The notes: generated from the sequence alone by a model not told the origin. A DNA stretch of 63,725 nt, filler included, from Reticulomyxa filosa (GCA_000512085.1; 17 parts of 17 records of this genome joined end to end with filler, not necessarily neighbours in it), one strand, 5' to 3'. Positions 1-12,690 are shown, counted from the whole stretch's first letter. Translations and numbers: made by a program.

Positions 1-119
1 TTTTTTTTTTTTTTTTTTTTGTTCGTTATAATACATAACACACAAACACACACACACACACACATGTCACAATTTCCCCTCATCGATTTCGGAAAGAACA
101 CACAAAAAAAAAAAACAAA

Positions 120-1743
120 CTGAAAGAATTGATTGGATTTCATCAGCCATGACAAATCTGTGTCCACAAACTCGAACACGAGATATCTGGCCATATATGC
201 AAACAACCCACATCCTCAATGTTGTGACCTTTGAAAAACCCAAATCAAGGATGTAATGTATGTATGTGTACATGTCAAAAAAGGAGAGGGGGGGGGGGGA
301 GAAGGGAGGGAAAAACAAAATTCGTGTGCCTAACAAGGTGTCGAAATTATTGATGTCCTGGGGCGGCAGTATGTCCAACAGTGTGACAATATGATGGTAT
401 CCTTTTAGCACTCGCAATATCCTTAATTCTCTCAAAAGACGCTTCGCGTCCAACAGGTTTCGGAACACGTATGGCACTTTTTTTATGGCGACTTTCAGAT
501 TGTCACTCACTCGACGAGCTTGGCATACATGGCCATAGCTATTCATTTTATGTTTTTAACTTTGGTTGTTGGTTCAACGCTTATTGCTTAGCAAAGATTT
601 TTTTTATTTTTTCTTTGTTTGTTAAATGCCATCACAAAAGGACCTGCCGTGGCCAATGTATCGAACGAATTCATACTTCCCAGCAAATTCATGATCTGGA
701 AAATGAAGCCTGCCATTGGATCGTGTTTTTGGTGGCTGAGACTGTGCAAGATGGTTTTGAACAGGATTGCTCGTGTTGCCATGGCAAGGATTAAATAATC
801 GATCTGGTTGAATCAATGCTTGTCTTACATTGCCATTACTATTGCTATTATTATTGTTATTATTGTTGTTATTGTTATTACTGCCATTGCAAGTGGTATT
901 GTGTAGCTGTTGAGATAGTGATGACGATGACGAATGATCACGACTCAGGGTCGGAGGCATACTCACAACAGTATCCTCTCCCATTGTCGGGTGGGAGTAA
1001 CACATGGAGATCGCGGTGCTGCGATGGGTCAAACCATGTCCCACTGAAGACATGACATCACTGGTACTTGTTTGCACCGATTTAACTGTCTTCTCTTTGT
1101 CCATTGCATCGCTGTCATTGTCTCTCTTTGCCATTGGCTTTTCATTTGATTCCCTTACTTGATTTAACAATAACTCATTTTTCTCTCTGCTGTTCCTTTT
1201 CGCATGTGTTTGCACTTGCGTTTGCTTTTGCTTTTCGTACGTCATTGTTTCGTTATCCTGATACGTTTTTGCACCCAATCAAACACTCGGAAAAAATTCA
1301 CATGTAACCCCACAAAAATACATCAAACAATCGACTCACCAAACAAACCAAACAACACAAAACTCACAAAATTCTCACTCAACAGACTGGTCAGCACTTG
1401 TTATATTCGGTGATATGTTATGATATTTCTCTACTTCCTCGAATTCGTTCGTTGGGTCATCAAAACCAAGCTCGTGGTCTAACTCGTACTTGTATTGATT
1501 GTCTCTCAATTCTCTTGTCTTTGCTTGGACCGTCCCTTCTTTGCACTTTTCAGTCAATCGCTCCACCACCACGTGTTGTTGGTTTGTGTTACTTTCATCT
1601 CTCTTGCCATTACAGGCTCCAGATTGTGGGGTTATGTAACAGTTCACAGTATCGTTCGGGTCTCTCTCGCCGTTTGGAACAGATTTGTTGGAAATAATGC
1701 TTGACAGTCTCTTTCGAAAAAAACCAAAAAGTTGACTTGTCAT
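120..1743 (-). CDS. MAP kinase (CMGC/MAPK family) with long low-complexity N-terminal extension; multi-exon, 3' end runs off the window
   Basis: Spliced exons give KYEFVRYIGHGSYGHVCQA...VAIKKVPYVFRNLLDAKRLLRELRILR...HHIVTLLDILPP...YLVFEFVDTDL (kinase subdomains I-V with the MAPK F-x-N-x-x-D-A-K-R-x-L-R-E signature). The N-terminal ORFs 1375-1743 and 622-1278 join through GT-AG introns. Confidence 0.9.
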
Positions 1744-3526
1744 TAATGCTGATTTAAACTAAAACGGGTTATTAAAATGTCGTTATCAAATGCCAATAAA
1801 TAACAATTTAAAAGGTCTCTAACAACAAAAACACTCAACAGTACGATTTTTTTTTAAACGTTTGCTTTAGTTTTCAATTGGAATATGAAAACATACAAGA
1901 CGTAGCTGGAGCATATTTAATGAAAAATCCACACGAGTCCGTTTTAGAATCATTGTGAGTTTTTTCTTACAATCTATTAAAAAACCCTCGATAAGATGAG
2001 GTGTAAATCTTTGTTGAAACGCGTACAAAAATCGCCTTCTTTGGTAATTGAAGTTGGTGAACGGCAAAAAATTGTCAAATATTAGTCATAAATTTGAACT
2101 GATTTAAAGTTCAATCAAATTTAAATTTTGAATAATTCCTCCCATGTGTTCTTACAATTTAAACCGTTTTCCTGAACTATACAAAAACCACTCCTCCTGT
2201 ATTGTACGGTTGAGGCTTTCGTCGTTAACATCTACAATTTACAACCGTTTCAAAACTTTTTTTTGCGTCACAAATTTTTTTTTAGAATCCCCTAAAAAGC
2301 TCTCAGTTTAAGAATGTCGTCAAAAAAATCTGAAAATTGTGTGAATTTGATCATCATAAAAAACAACCAAGTGCAAAATAATAACTAACTTTTTGTAAAA
2401 CTTGCCAAATTTCGGCCAATGTTCGAGAGCGACAATCTATTTCAACACAAATTCATTTTTATAAGGAGGCAGCAAAAAAAATTTGAAAAAGGAATTCAAA
2501 AAATTTGTCAGAAGAACGAAGGTTATAAGTTTTGTTTCATCACATTGATACAGAAAGCTTATTCCTCATTTTGAACATACTAATAAAGCAAAAAAAAAAA
2601 CACACCAAAGAGTCTTTGTCTTCTTGGATTACAATTCACTGTTTTGAACCCTCCGACTCCGAAACCAACTATGGAATTTCTGTTTTTAAAAAATGCGACT
2701 TTGCTTAAGTGTGGTTTTTTTATGTTTTTTTTGTTGTTTCAGAATTAATTTGAATCACAATACTTTCAAAAGGAAAGTAAATCATCAACTTACAGCCATG
2801 ACAAAAAATTGTCACAGTGAATTTCATTCATTAACAACAATAAAAAAAAAACTTACAGGTGGTTAACTTCGAATTGCCGCATTGATTTAGTCACAATTTA
2901 CAGTTTTGTCTATTCAAAAAAGAAAAAAATCGCGCTTAAAAAATTTCAAGCAAAAATATAATTCATTAAATTGCTTTAAGAAGAAGTTCAGTGTGAAGCT
3001 TCTCGCCACTGTCGTTTCAAAAGGAAACAACATCCGACAGCCAAGCCTGCGCTTCACTTAAGGTCATCCTCTTGAAAAGCATAGAGAAAAAAAACATACT
3101 TGCAATTTACTTCTAAATCCTTTTTGCCAGTTCTCATTTTCCTTTTTTTTACATTAGTATAAAGAAAAGGCCAAGTCTCGTCGAAGCAAAGGTTTTTGTA
3201 CAGAAAAGGGGCAAGCTCGTTTTGTAGGGGTCTCAACTGAAAAATCCAAAAAATACAAGATATACAGTTGAAATTCAAGAACTTGAGTTCTTTTTTAAAA
3301 GTTGTGCTTTTTTTTTTTGTAAATCGTTTTGCTATTTTTCGAAAAGAGTTTCATCTACGAGCAAAGAACATAAGCGCAAGATTAAAGTAATGGCTAAGTA
3401 CTTGATAAAATGGAAGGTTGATGAAATTTTTTGAAAAGCCAGGTCTTTGTCATACTTACAATACTGGGCAATGGAAGTTAGAGGAAAAAAAAGAATTTGA
3501 ACACCAAATAAAAACCAAGTTTGAGC

Positions 3527-4021
3527 CTACTCTACGGCAATAGCTTCAATTTCCACTTTAGCACCCAAAGGCAAATCTTTCACAGCGAAACATGCCCTGG
3601 CCGGTAAGGGGCTATTGGCCGCGTTTTCTTTGAAAAACTGTGCATAAATTTCGTTTACCGCCTTAAAGTCTTTTATATCGACCAAAAGCAAGGTTGTTTT
3701 CACAATATTTCCAACATTGCCACCGGCCTCAGTCACAACGATCTTCAAGTTTTGTAATGCTTGTTTTGTTTGATCTTCCAATTTGTCATTGACAAGCGCT
3801 TTTGTCTCTGGGTTCACGCCCAATTGCCCACTTATAAATAGCATTCCATTTGCTTTGATACCATGGCTGTACGGGGCTACTGGTGCTGGCAACGCCTTAC
3901 TAACTACTGCTGTTTTTTTTATGTTTGCAGCTTTCTGTCCTGTGGACACTGAGCAAGCTTGCAAAACATTGATGCCTGAAAGGTAGATGGATTTACTCAC
4001 TGGACGGAAAAGTAAATTCAT
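3527..4021 (-). CDS. ridA: RidA/YjgF/UK114 reactive-intermediate deaminase, probable mitochondrial presequence
   Basis: PAPVAPYSHGIKANGMLFISGQLG, QTKQALQNL, NEIYAQFF and PARACFAVKDLPLGAKVEIEAIA; single exon. Confidence 0.95.
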   Translation of the reverse strand: MNLLFRPVSKSIYLSGINVLQACSVSTGQKAANIKKTAVVSKALPAPVAPYSHGIKANGMLFISGQLGVNPETKALVNDKLEDQTKQALQNLKIVVTEAGGNVGNIVKTTLLLVDIKDFKAVNEIYAQFFKENAANSPLPARACFAVKDLPLGAKVEIEAIAVE

Positions 4022-4237
4022 TGAACTGTTTGTACTATATAAACTATGAAAACCAAATTTCGAAGTTAGCCTTTCTTTTGCATTTATTGGACACTGCTTT
4101 TTGCAATCTTAAAGCAACTTTTTTAAATGAGTATTTTTTATCTTTGCATAACTTAGTTTTTTTATATATTTCATCTTTTTTCTTTGGGAAAACAGGAGCG
4201 AAAGTGATGCCAACCAAAAAAAAATTAAATTAATATT

Positions 4238-6245
4238 ATGTCCACATTCCAACCACAACTACAAAGTCCGTTGGTATATCAAATAGCACCAACACCGAAA
4301 GGGAATTGTGTGAGTTGTTTTGATGTGGATGAGAAACATGGCTGGCTAATAAGTGGGCAAATGAGCGGGACGATAAACGCGTGGAAGTTGCCGAAATTGC
4401 GGAGCGACCCATTTAAGATTCTAAACAAATCACGAGCGCAAACAAAGAAAGGTGAGACAGACATTCGAAAGGAGAACACGAATTCGCTGTTGTCATTGCC
4501 ATCGTCATCGTCAGTCAACCAGGACAGTTACCAAGCAACACTGCATTTGGCATCGTCATCAAAATCGGATTCCCCATTGCCATCGACACCGGAAATAAAT
4601 GGTTTAGTAAGTGCAACCACGATAGGAAATGAGGAGAATGGGAAGCAACAGCAACAGCAACAGCAAGACCAGCAAGAAATAGAAAACGTGGTATCATCAT
4701 CAGTCCAACTGAGAACGACAATAACATCAGGAATGACAATAAACCGCTATCACCGTTTTGAATGTCGAAATCTGGTGGCCTTTGCGCCGGAAATGGTGCA
4801 GCAAATTCGTGTGGTGCCGTCGTTGAATGGGAAGATAATCGCAATGATAGGCTTCAACAGTATAAAGACATGGAAGAATATACTGTCGAGCGACCAATGC
4901 GACGAGACCATTAACCTGAAGAACATGTTGTCCGAGTTCAACATCAACGGTACCGAGTCGCTCATGGTGGTGTGCGGGTCGCAATATTTGAGAATCTTCT
5001 GTCCCTTTCATAAGAAATTTTTGGAAATGGATATGCTCTATGACCCCAATGGAGGGGCCAAGTCTATAACAAAGAAGTCATTGCAACTTGTCTATGAACA
5101 AGATGAAGAAGAAGAAGAAAATAATAATAATAATAATAATGATAAAAAAGAAGAAAAAGAAGAAAAACGGACATTGGAACAAAGTGATACGAAACTCACT
5201 AGTCCGACAACGATAACAATGACCACTACTATAATGGCAAGTGACATAAAGCCCAGTGGAAATAGCGGCGTCTATTTCTGCCAAATGGACGATGAGCTTT
5301 CCAAAGATTGTCCTGTGATCAATGGCAGTGATGACTACTTGCTGTGCTATACGTTCAAAAAAAAATGGAGAGACAAAAATAACACCTTTCGCGGCACTTA
5401 TATTTATCAGAGCTTGGAGGTCAAGCAGTTGCGTCACAAAATGCTCACGTCATCCAATGACAAGTCTGCACTTGCTCCGTCTCGACCAAACCTCCGTTCA
5501 GTCCTCCTTCCAAAAACCCCGTCAGTCCCCTCTATGAGTTGAAGCAAATACGCACATACGAAAAGCAAAACATGTATCGTCGACCGAGAAACCCCACCAA
5601 CTCGGCCTCTTCCACCGCATCCGAAACACAGTCCAACACGTCCGTCGCTATTTCTGTCAGCGATACCTTTGTCGTGCCCAACACTCTGATCGATGTCCAA
5701 GAGACGAGCTGGGGATTTTTGGTCGATGGTATGTTGTATCATTATTTATATATATCATACTTATATACACATACGTATATGTGTATATACGTATGCATGT
5801 AATATGCGTGTAATTTTTCTTTCTCGTTGGATACTGTGGGAGGATCGTCTTTTTTTTTTTAAAAAAAAAAGGAGATACCATGGCTTATGTTGTTTCGACC
5901 AAAAGCAATGTTATTCGAGTTGTTCGTTGGACTGATCAGAGCGATGAAAAAAGTGTGAGTGCAAATAAAGTCAATGACAATGCCGGCCCTGCTCAAGTCT
6001 TGTATGAATACAATAATGGCAAACGAGGGTTTATTGTCACTATGGAATACAAACACGGCTTTCTCGTTACGTTGTCTTCGGATCGTAGGCTGTGCATTTA
6101 TCACAAAAACGTGAGAATTGCCATGGCCACTAACTTGCCTGGAACTTTTATTCCTGGCTATGCTTACATCATCAAAAGGAGTGAAAACGCTCCTAATGTA
6201 TTGTATTACACTGCTGATGAAGGCATTTTTGTCGTTGAATTTTGA
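4238..6245 (+). CDS. Divergent WD40/beta-propeller protein with low-complexity insertions (intron ~5729-5871, apparent frameshift ~5480)
   Basis: VSCFDVDEKHGWLISGQMSGTINAWK and IVTMEYKHGFLVTLSSDRRLCIY are WD-like blades. Confidence 0.55.
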
Positions 6246-6800
6246 TTTTGTACATTTCTCAAGCAAATCAACCAATAGAAAACAACAAACAAAATTAAAC
6301 ATAAATTAATAGTGGATAAATACATATTATTAAAAAAATCTTGTTTGAGCTCTAAAAATAGCTTGCATATTTTTCGCGTGTGTGTAGGCTGCTTTTTAAA
6401 ATAGTTGGGGAGGGTGGGAAAAAATTTAAATTATCCTTTCGTCGTGGATGTGATTGCATTGTTATGATATTGAGACGACTATTACCTATATGTCTATATT
6501 TCACTTTAATTGTCGATCGTTACTTTTTTGCAACAATTGTTTGCTGTTTTTATGTGCAATCCACAAAACATCTTGTTGCATATTCAAAAGAAAGTGCACG
6601 CTTTTTTAGCGGTTTGTGATCAACTTATCAAAGTGAAGTATGCAAATTTCAATATCAACAAAACGAAAATATTAAGTTTATTATTATTTTTTTTATCTTA
6701 GCTTTTATAACTGCAAAAAAAATAAACTCATACAAAAATTTGCACATTGAATAACGAATTAAATTCAAGACTTATAGGAAGTATGCAAAATAAATCAAAG

Positions 6801-7150
6801 ACAGTAGTCTACCATATATGATAAAGTCTGTGCTACTGATCAATATCGACATCACTAAGACCAAAATAGGCATACTGGGCTAAGCCTATCGAGGTCTTAA
6901 TGATAGTGATGTCGATCATCAGTATAACTTTGGCATAGTATGTTAGCCTACTAGTCATATGAGGTTAAGCACCCTAGTGTATTGATTCAATGAATCTAAG
7001 TATATGTATAATTTGACTTAGTATGACTTGGACTAACATAGTATAGCTAACATAGCATATTAGGCCAAGTCATAAACTATACATTTTATACTTGGCATAC
7101 CTCGATTGAAGCAATAGTGTAGGGTGCTTATGTAACCTCATAGGACTAGT
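6801..7150. other. 350-nt double-hairpin (dumbbell/rod-forming) non-coding element
   Basis: Hairpin 1 (6804-6951): ATCGACATCACTA/TAGTGATGTCGAT 13/13, TAAGACC/GGTCTTA, ATAGGC/GCCTAT. Hairpin 2 (6950-7150): ACTAGTCATATGAGGTTA/TAACCTCATAGGACTAGT 17/18, TAAGCACCCTA/TAGGGTGCTTA 11/11, TATGACTTGGACTAA/TTAGGCCAAGTCATA 14/15. Confidence 0.9.
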
Positions 7151-7251
7151 AAAGTATCAATAAGATCAATATAAAAGCAAACTAATATTCGTTAATATAT
7201 TTAAAAATTTTTTTTAATTGATTATTTTTAAGTTTGTTTTTTTTAATATAG

Positions 7252-7802
7252 ACAATTAAGGATATCCGAATAATTTTGCAGCATTGGATTAAGATTTCCC
7301 ACGTTAAATTTGGTTGGATAAACGAGTTCAACAAATTAATTTCAAATTACGTTAAGTTTTTACTTTTGTTTTTTATCTAATAATAAATAGATAAATATAT
7401 GTTTTTTCCCACAATAGTTATATATTTACTTTACATTCCATAAATTCATTTCATCACATAAATTAACTATCATATTCAATGGACATATAAATACTGTATT
7501 TAGTATTGATTATGTAAATCAATTTATTTATTCTGGATCAAGTGATAAAATAGTTCGTGTATGGGATATTAATAATAAACAAATTAAATTATTCGACGGA
7601 CATTCGGATGCTTTGTATTGTGTGAAATTTTCATCATATATTATCAAAACTATAATCAAAATGTCATTTGTTCTTCATCAAGTGACAATACCGTTCGTTT
7701 TTGGGATTTCGAACATAATAAACAATTAAAAATATTTAATGGATATACAAACGGTGTTTATTGTATTGAATTTTCACCATTTAATGGCGGTAGATATTTG
7801 TG
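7252..7802 (+). pseudogene. Truncated WD40-repeat family pseudogene (paralog of 11347-12690)
   Basis: IRIILQHWIKISHVKFGWINEFNKLISNY exon, GTTAAG intron, then FNGHINTVFSIDY...SGSSDKIVRVWD...IEFSPFNGGRYL. It is frameshifted and cut off abruptly after GGRYL. Confidence 0.85.
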
Positions 7803-9200
7803 AAACACAAAAATGACAAGAATAATAAAGAGTATTTAGATGTAATGAATATTTGTAAATGGATATTAAAACAACGAATCATGTATCCAATGAAAAGGAT
7901 TAAATATGCAATTGATTATGTGAAAGATAAATTGATTGATAAAGATGGCGAAATTAAGAGCATTGATGAAAAGAGTTATGAAAAATTATTGGAAAAAGAT
8001 GCAACAATCTTATTGGAAAGAATTAAAAAAAAACACTAATTGAAAATAATTTATTGTATTGGGCTGCTAGTTGAAGTATTATCTCCATTAATGCTGAAAA
8101 TTCAAAAAAAAATAAATTCGATGAAGGATGGTTTCCAATATCTTTTTAACCTTTCGAATATTTTTGTTATTTAAAATATGCGTCCGATTAAAACGAGAGG
8201 GGAAAAGTTTTATTGGATTACCAGAGCATATGACATTTGAACAATATATGGAAAAGGTCATGAAGGTCATTATATTTATTTAAGTTTATGTAAAATATTG
8301 GATTCCATTTTAGTGTGAGTGGACAATCGATGGATGAAAACAGTTCTATTGAATATATCTCATTCAAAGAATGAGAATTGATTGATCCAACCCTATTTTG
8401 CTGCTTATTTCAAATCAAATAGTTTAAATATTGATAAAAACAAAAAATGGCTGAAACAATATATTAAGAGAGCAGCTATTTTGAAAGTATGAACCATTTG
8501 CATTATTCACAATTAAATAAAGTAAATTTCAATTATTTTATTTTCGTTAATATTCTAGCAACTTTTCAATTTTTTATTTCAAAAAACAATTCATTATTTT
8601 TGATTATAAAGATAGAATATATTTATATAAAACACAAATAAAAATTTAGCAATCACTTAAAGACAGTTAATCTATTACACAATAAGTCTGTATTATTTCC
8701 ACAACAGAGAAAAAGTGATAAAGGCTACACGAGATTATATGATGCAATTGAAGAAAACCATGATAAAGTATCTCTTGTCATTTGAAAAAAATGATATCCA
8801 AATTGATGAATCGAATCAAGAGCTTATATTATATTCATTAGAAAAAGAAGAATGCAGGTTTAATGTATTCTTCAAAAAAAGATTAAAGAAAGAATGGATA
8901 AGTTGGAGAAATGAAATCAAAAATCAATTTACAAGATTATTGCAAAAAAAGTTTCTGGATGGATAAAGATGTGGTATTTACTTCGGATCAAATGTCCTAT
9001 TATTGATAATCGCATTGATTATAAAAGTAATTTGGATTGGACATGCATATCTTACAACTATTTGTCAAAACTGGGATAAGGCGGTTAAACAAAGTTAATG
9101 TTTAAAAGATTATTCCAATAACGATTCAAAAAAGACACAAATAAAAATAAAAACTTATAGATATTTCGAATAACATTTCAAGAAAAAATCTGTTTATCTT
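7803..9200 (+). pseudogene. Degenerate fragments of unidentified protein-coding families
   Basis: Protein-like, Lys/Glu-rich reading frames (7800-8039, 8715-8966) broken by many stops and frameshifts; family not identified. Confidence 0.4.
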
Positions 9201-9427
9201 ATTCAATTATGTCTTCATCGTTCTGTTTAAATCATTAATTAATATTGGAATTGATGATTAATGTAATACCAGAAATAAATTTACCTATAATTTCTCAACT
9301 TTTGTATTTAAAAAATAATAACAATCAACATCACGTTTTAAAGCTCTGTTTAGTCCCTTTTAGATTGAGTCGGAATCTTTTCAAAAAAAACTGTAACTTC
9401 AATAAGAAAAGAAATGTTGCATTTGAA

Positions 9428-10020
9428 TGTTAAAAGTGAAGAGAAAGTTGGAAAATCAAACAAAACGTTTCCTGTTTCTGGATACTTCAAGAAAGAATGG
9501 ATTTCGTTAACCAACAAACCACAAAAATTAAACGCACTAATTTGCTGCATTTGTAATTAAATTGCAAACAATGCAATGGAATTACATTGTAATAAACAGG
9601 AAAATGCAGATCAAGTTTATCTGTCTGGAGAACAATGTCTACAAAATTATTTGAAACAGAATAATGAAAAATGTCCAATTCAACAACATGATCATTGCGA
9701 ATTTTTGTAAAACAGTGAGAAAATCTGTATCTGAATTATTAGTAAGTTTGTCCTCGACAATATAAATTGAAAAAAGAACAATTAAATGAAGGAACAAAAT
9801 CAGGAAAAGAAGGTGAACTCTGGAATGAATCAAATCCAAATTTAAATTAAATTCAAAAAATAATTGCAATTGCAATTATAAAAGATTTAAAAGATCATTT
9901 GGATAAGTCATGCAATTTGATTCCAGTCAAACAAAGTATTCCATATGAAATTACAAATCAATTGCATGTGATGCGTAAACAAATCAAAGAATTGCAAAAT
10001 GTGGTCAAATCACAAACAGT
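9428..10020 (+). pseudogene. RING/TRAF-type zinc-finger family pseudogene
   Basis: FKKEWISLTNKPQKLNALICCICN*IANNAMELHC...GEQCLQNYLKQNNEKCPIQQHDHC...KDHLDKSC; in-frame stop and frameshifts. Confidence 0.75.
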
Positions 10021-10079
10021 TTTGTCATTTTTGCTTGAATGAAATGATAAATAAATTTTAAAAAAGGGGCAGTGAATGA

Positions 10080-11185
10080 CATTTACTCTGGAGAATATGC
10101 ACATTTAGAAAGACATACAGATTTTGTAAAAAGTATTACATTTTTACCTGATGGGACAAAAATAATATCTTATTCAGATATAAAATAATTCGAATATGGA
10201 ACATATTATCAAGAAAATAACTTCACGTATTAGAAGGGCATTTAGATAAAATAAATACAGTTCAATTTTTACATGATGGTCTCAAAATTGTATCATGTTC
10301 AAATGATAAAACAATTCGAATATGGGATGTATTATTAGGTCAACAAATTCAACTGTTGCAAGGACATTTAGATGAAATGATTTCGGTAGAATTTTCATCA
10401 GATGATTCTAAGATTGCATCTTGTTCAAAGGACAACACTATTCGAATACAGAATGTATCATCTGGAAAGCAAATTCAATTATTAGAAGGACATTCCGATA
10501 ATGTAACTGAAGCACAATTTTTGCTAGATGGAAATAAAATTCTATCTTGTTCATGGGATATTTTATCTGGTAAACAAATTCAGGTGCAAGTCATGTAGAT
10601 GGAATACGAACTTCTCCAGATGGCCCTAAATTTTTATCGTATCATGTGATAGCAAAATTCAAGTATGAGATATATCATTCTGAAAATAACTTTTTTTATT
10701 CAAAAAGAATGAAGATGTAACTGAATTACAGTTTTTTTCAAACGATACTACAATTGTTCAAATGATAAGGCAATTCAATGTGGAATGTACTGACTGGAAA
10801 ATAAATCCGAAATTAAAAGGACATTTCGATAGTATATTTGGAATAAAATTGTCATTAAATGGCTCTAAAATTATTTCATATTCAAGAGACGAAATAATTT
10901 GAATATGGGATACTTCTTGAGGAAAACAAATTCGAATATTTGAAGGACATAAGGAGAGTATTAACTGCATTCTTTTATCATTCAAAACTAGTGTCATGCT
11001 CTGAGGATAAAACAATTCGATTATTATGTAGTGATAATGGTAAAATTATTGATGTACTGAGACTAACATAATAGACTGTATTTGGTAGTGGTATTCAAAT
11101 GATTTATCAATGAAAGATAGTATTTGGAAAAACGCAAATGGGTTGGAAGATGGACAAAAACTGCTAGTAAGACAGTGTGGTAGAT
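10080..11185 (+). pseudogene. WD40-repeat pseudogene (LEGH...FSPDG type) with C-terminal pentapeptide-like tail
   Basis: Repeated LEGH..V..V.F..DG.KI.SCS.DKTIRIWD units with many stops, ending LSMKDSIWKNANGLEDGQKLLVRQCG. Confidence 0.85.
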
Positions 11186-11346
11186 GCGTTGATGTTTTTT
11201 TAAAAATTCGTTTTTAAGTCATTTTAAATGGAAGAATGGAAATTTATTGCGCTATTAAATCTTGTGCAAAAATTTGGACAAACGAGTGTGAGCTTGAAAA
11301 AATTGTAAAGAAAAAATTTAAAAAATTTTATTGTTGAAAAATGATA

Positions 11347-12690
11347 CTATCCCCAAATACTAATTGGACCGTTACATGAACCATAACACATGCTAACACA
11401 ATCACTCTTTTTTGATTGTAAAAACATAAGACTTTTTATTCCATCATCTTTCTTCTCCTCTCCATTCATCACATATAATTCACTCTTATTTGATCGAATA
11501 TCCCAAAATCGAATTGTATTATCAAAGGATCCAGAACATATCACATTTGAATAACATTCGACTTCGATATTGTTTACTATAAATGGTGAATATTCAGCAC
11601 AAGTTACACCACCTGTATGTCCACTGAACATTTCAATTTGTTGACCAGACCGAATATCCCACAAACGAGTGCTTGTATCATTTGATCCAGATAATATTGT
11701 ATTTGCACCACCAATATTTTTTAATTCATTTGATCCGTATTTTACATTAAGCACAATTTCTTCATGTCCTTTAAATAAAATGAATTGTTTGACTGTTTCA
11801 ATATCCCATATACGAATTGTTTTATCCCATGATCCAGAACAAATAGTATATCCATTACCACCAATCACACCAATATGATTACTTTCGGTTTTGTTGTTAT
11901 TGCTTTGCAAAGGTGAAATATTCAAACACCTAACAGCCATTGTATGCCCATTAAAGACATGCAATGATTTGGATGTTTCAACATCCCATAAGCGAATAGT
12001 CTTATCTTCAGATCCAGAACACAAATATCTACCACCATTAAATGGTGAAAATTCAATGCCACCAATCCAGCCTGTGTGCTCATTGAATAATTGCAATTGT
12101 TTATTATCTTTAAAATTCCAAAAACGAATGTCATTTGATGAAGAACAAATGACATTTTGATTATGGTTATGATAATGATATTGTGAAAATTTCGCACAAT
12201 ACACAATATTTGAATGTCCATTGAGATGAATTTGTTGATTAGTCTCTACATCCCATACACGAGCTGTTTGATCATGCGATCCAGAACAAATGAACTGACG
12301 ATCATTAAATGTAAACCAATCAATACTATTTACTCGATTAGTGTGTCCGGTGAAAGTCTTGAGTAATTTAAATGATGAAAGAAAAATCTCAAACATGAAA
12401 AAATTGGTTACCTATATTAAATTGTGAACTAACTAAATATTTATTAAAAACAAAAAACAAATAAACTTAACGTATTTAACAATAATTTTGTCAAAATCTT
12501 GGATCCATCCTAATTTAATGTTTGATATTCGAATCCAATGTTGAATAATTAGCTGGATCTCTTCTTTTACTGACTGTGGTTCAGTTACAAATTGCAATTA
12601 AACCTAAAAACAATTAATTTTTGAAAGGATAATGAAACCTACCAATGCTGATTGTGATGACTGTTTTTCATTTCCATGAGTAGTGGTCAT
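11347..12690 (-). CDS. WD40-repeat protein, lineage-expanded family (3 exons)
   Basis: ATG at 12690; exon 2 EEIQLIIQHWIRISNIKLGWIQDFDKIIVKY; exon 3 has about 7 GH...WD repeats (CSGSEDKTIRLWD). Confidence 0.9.

Noticed and set aside
6830-6925. Hammerhead ribozyme in the hairpin element (CTGATGA on the minus strand at 6916-6922)
   Set aside because: There is no correctly placed GAAA after the stem (GATA instead) and no clear stem I/III with a cleavage triplet, so it is not supportable by eye.
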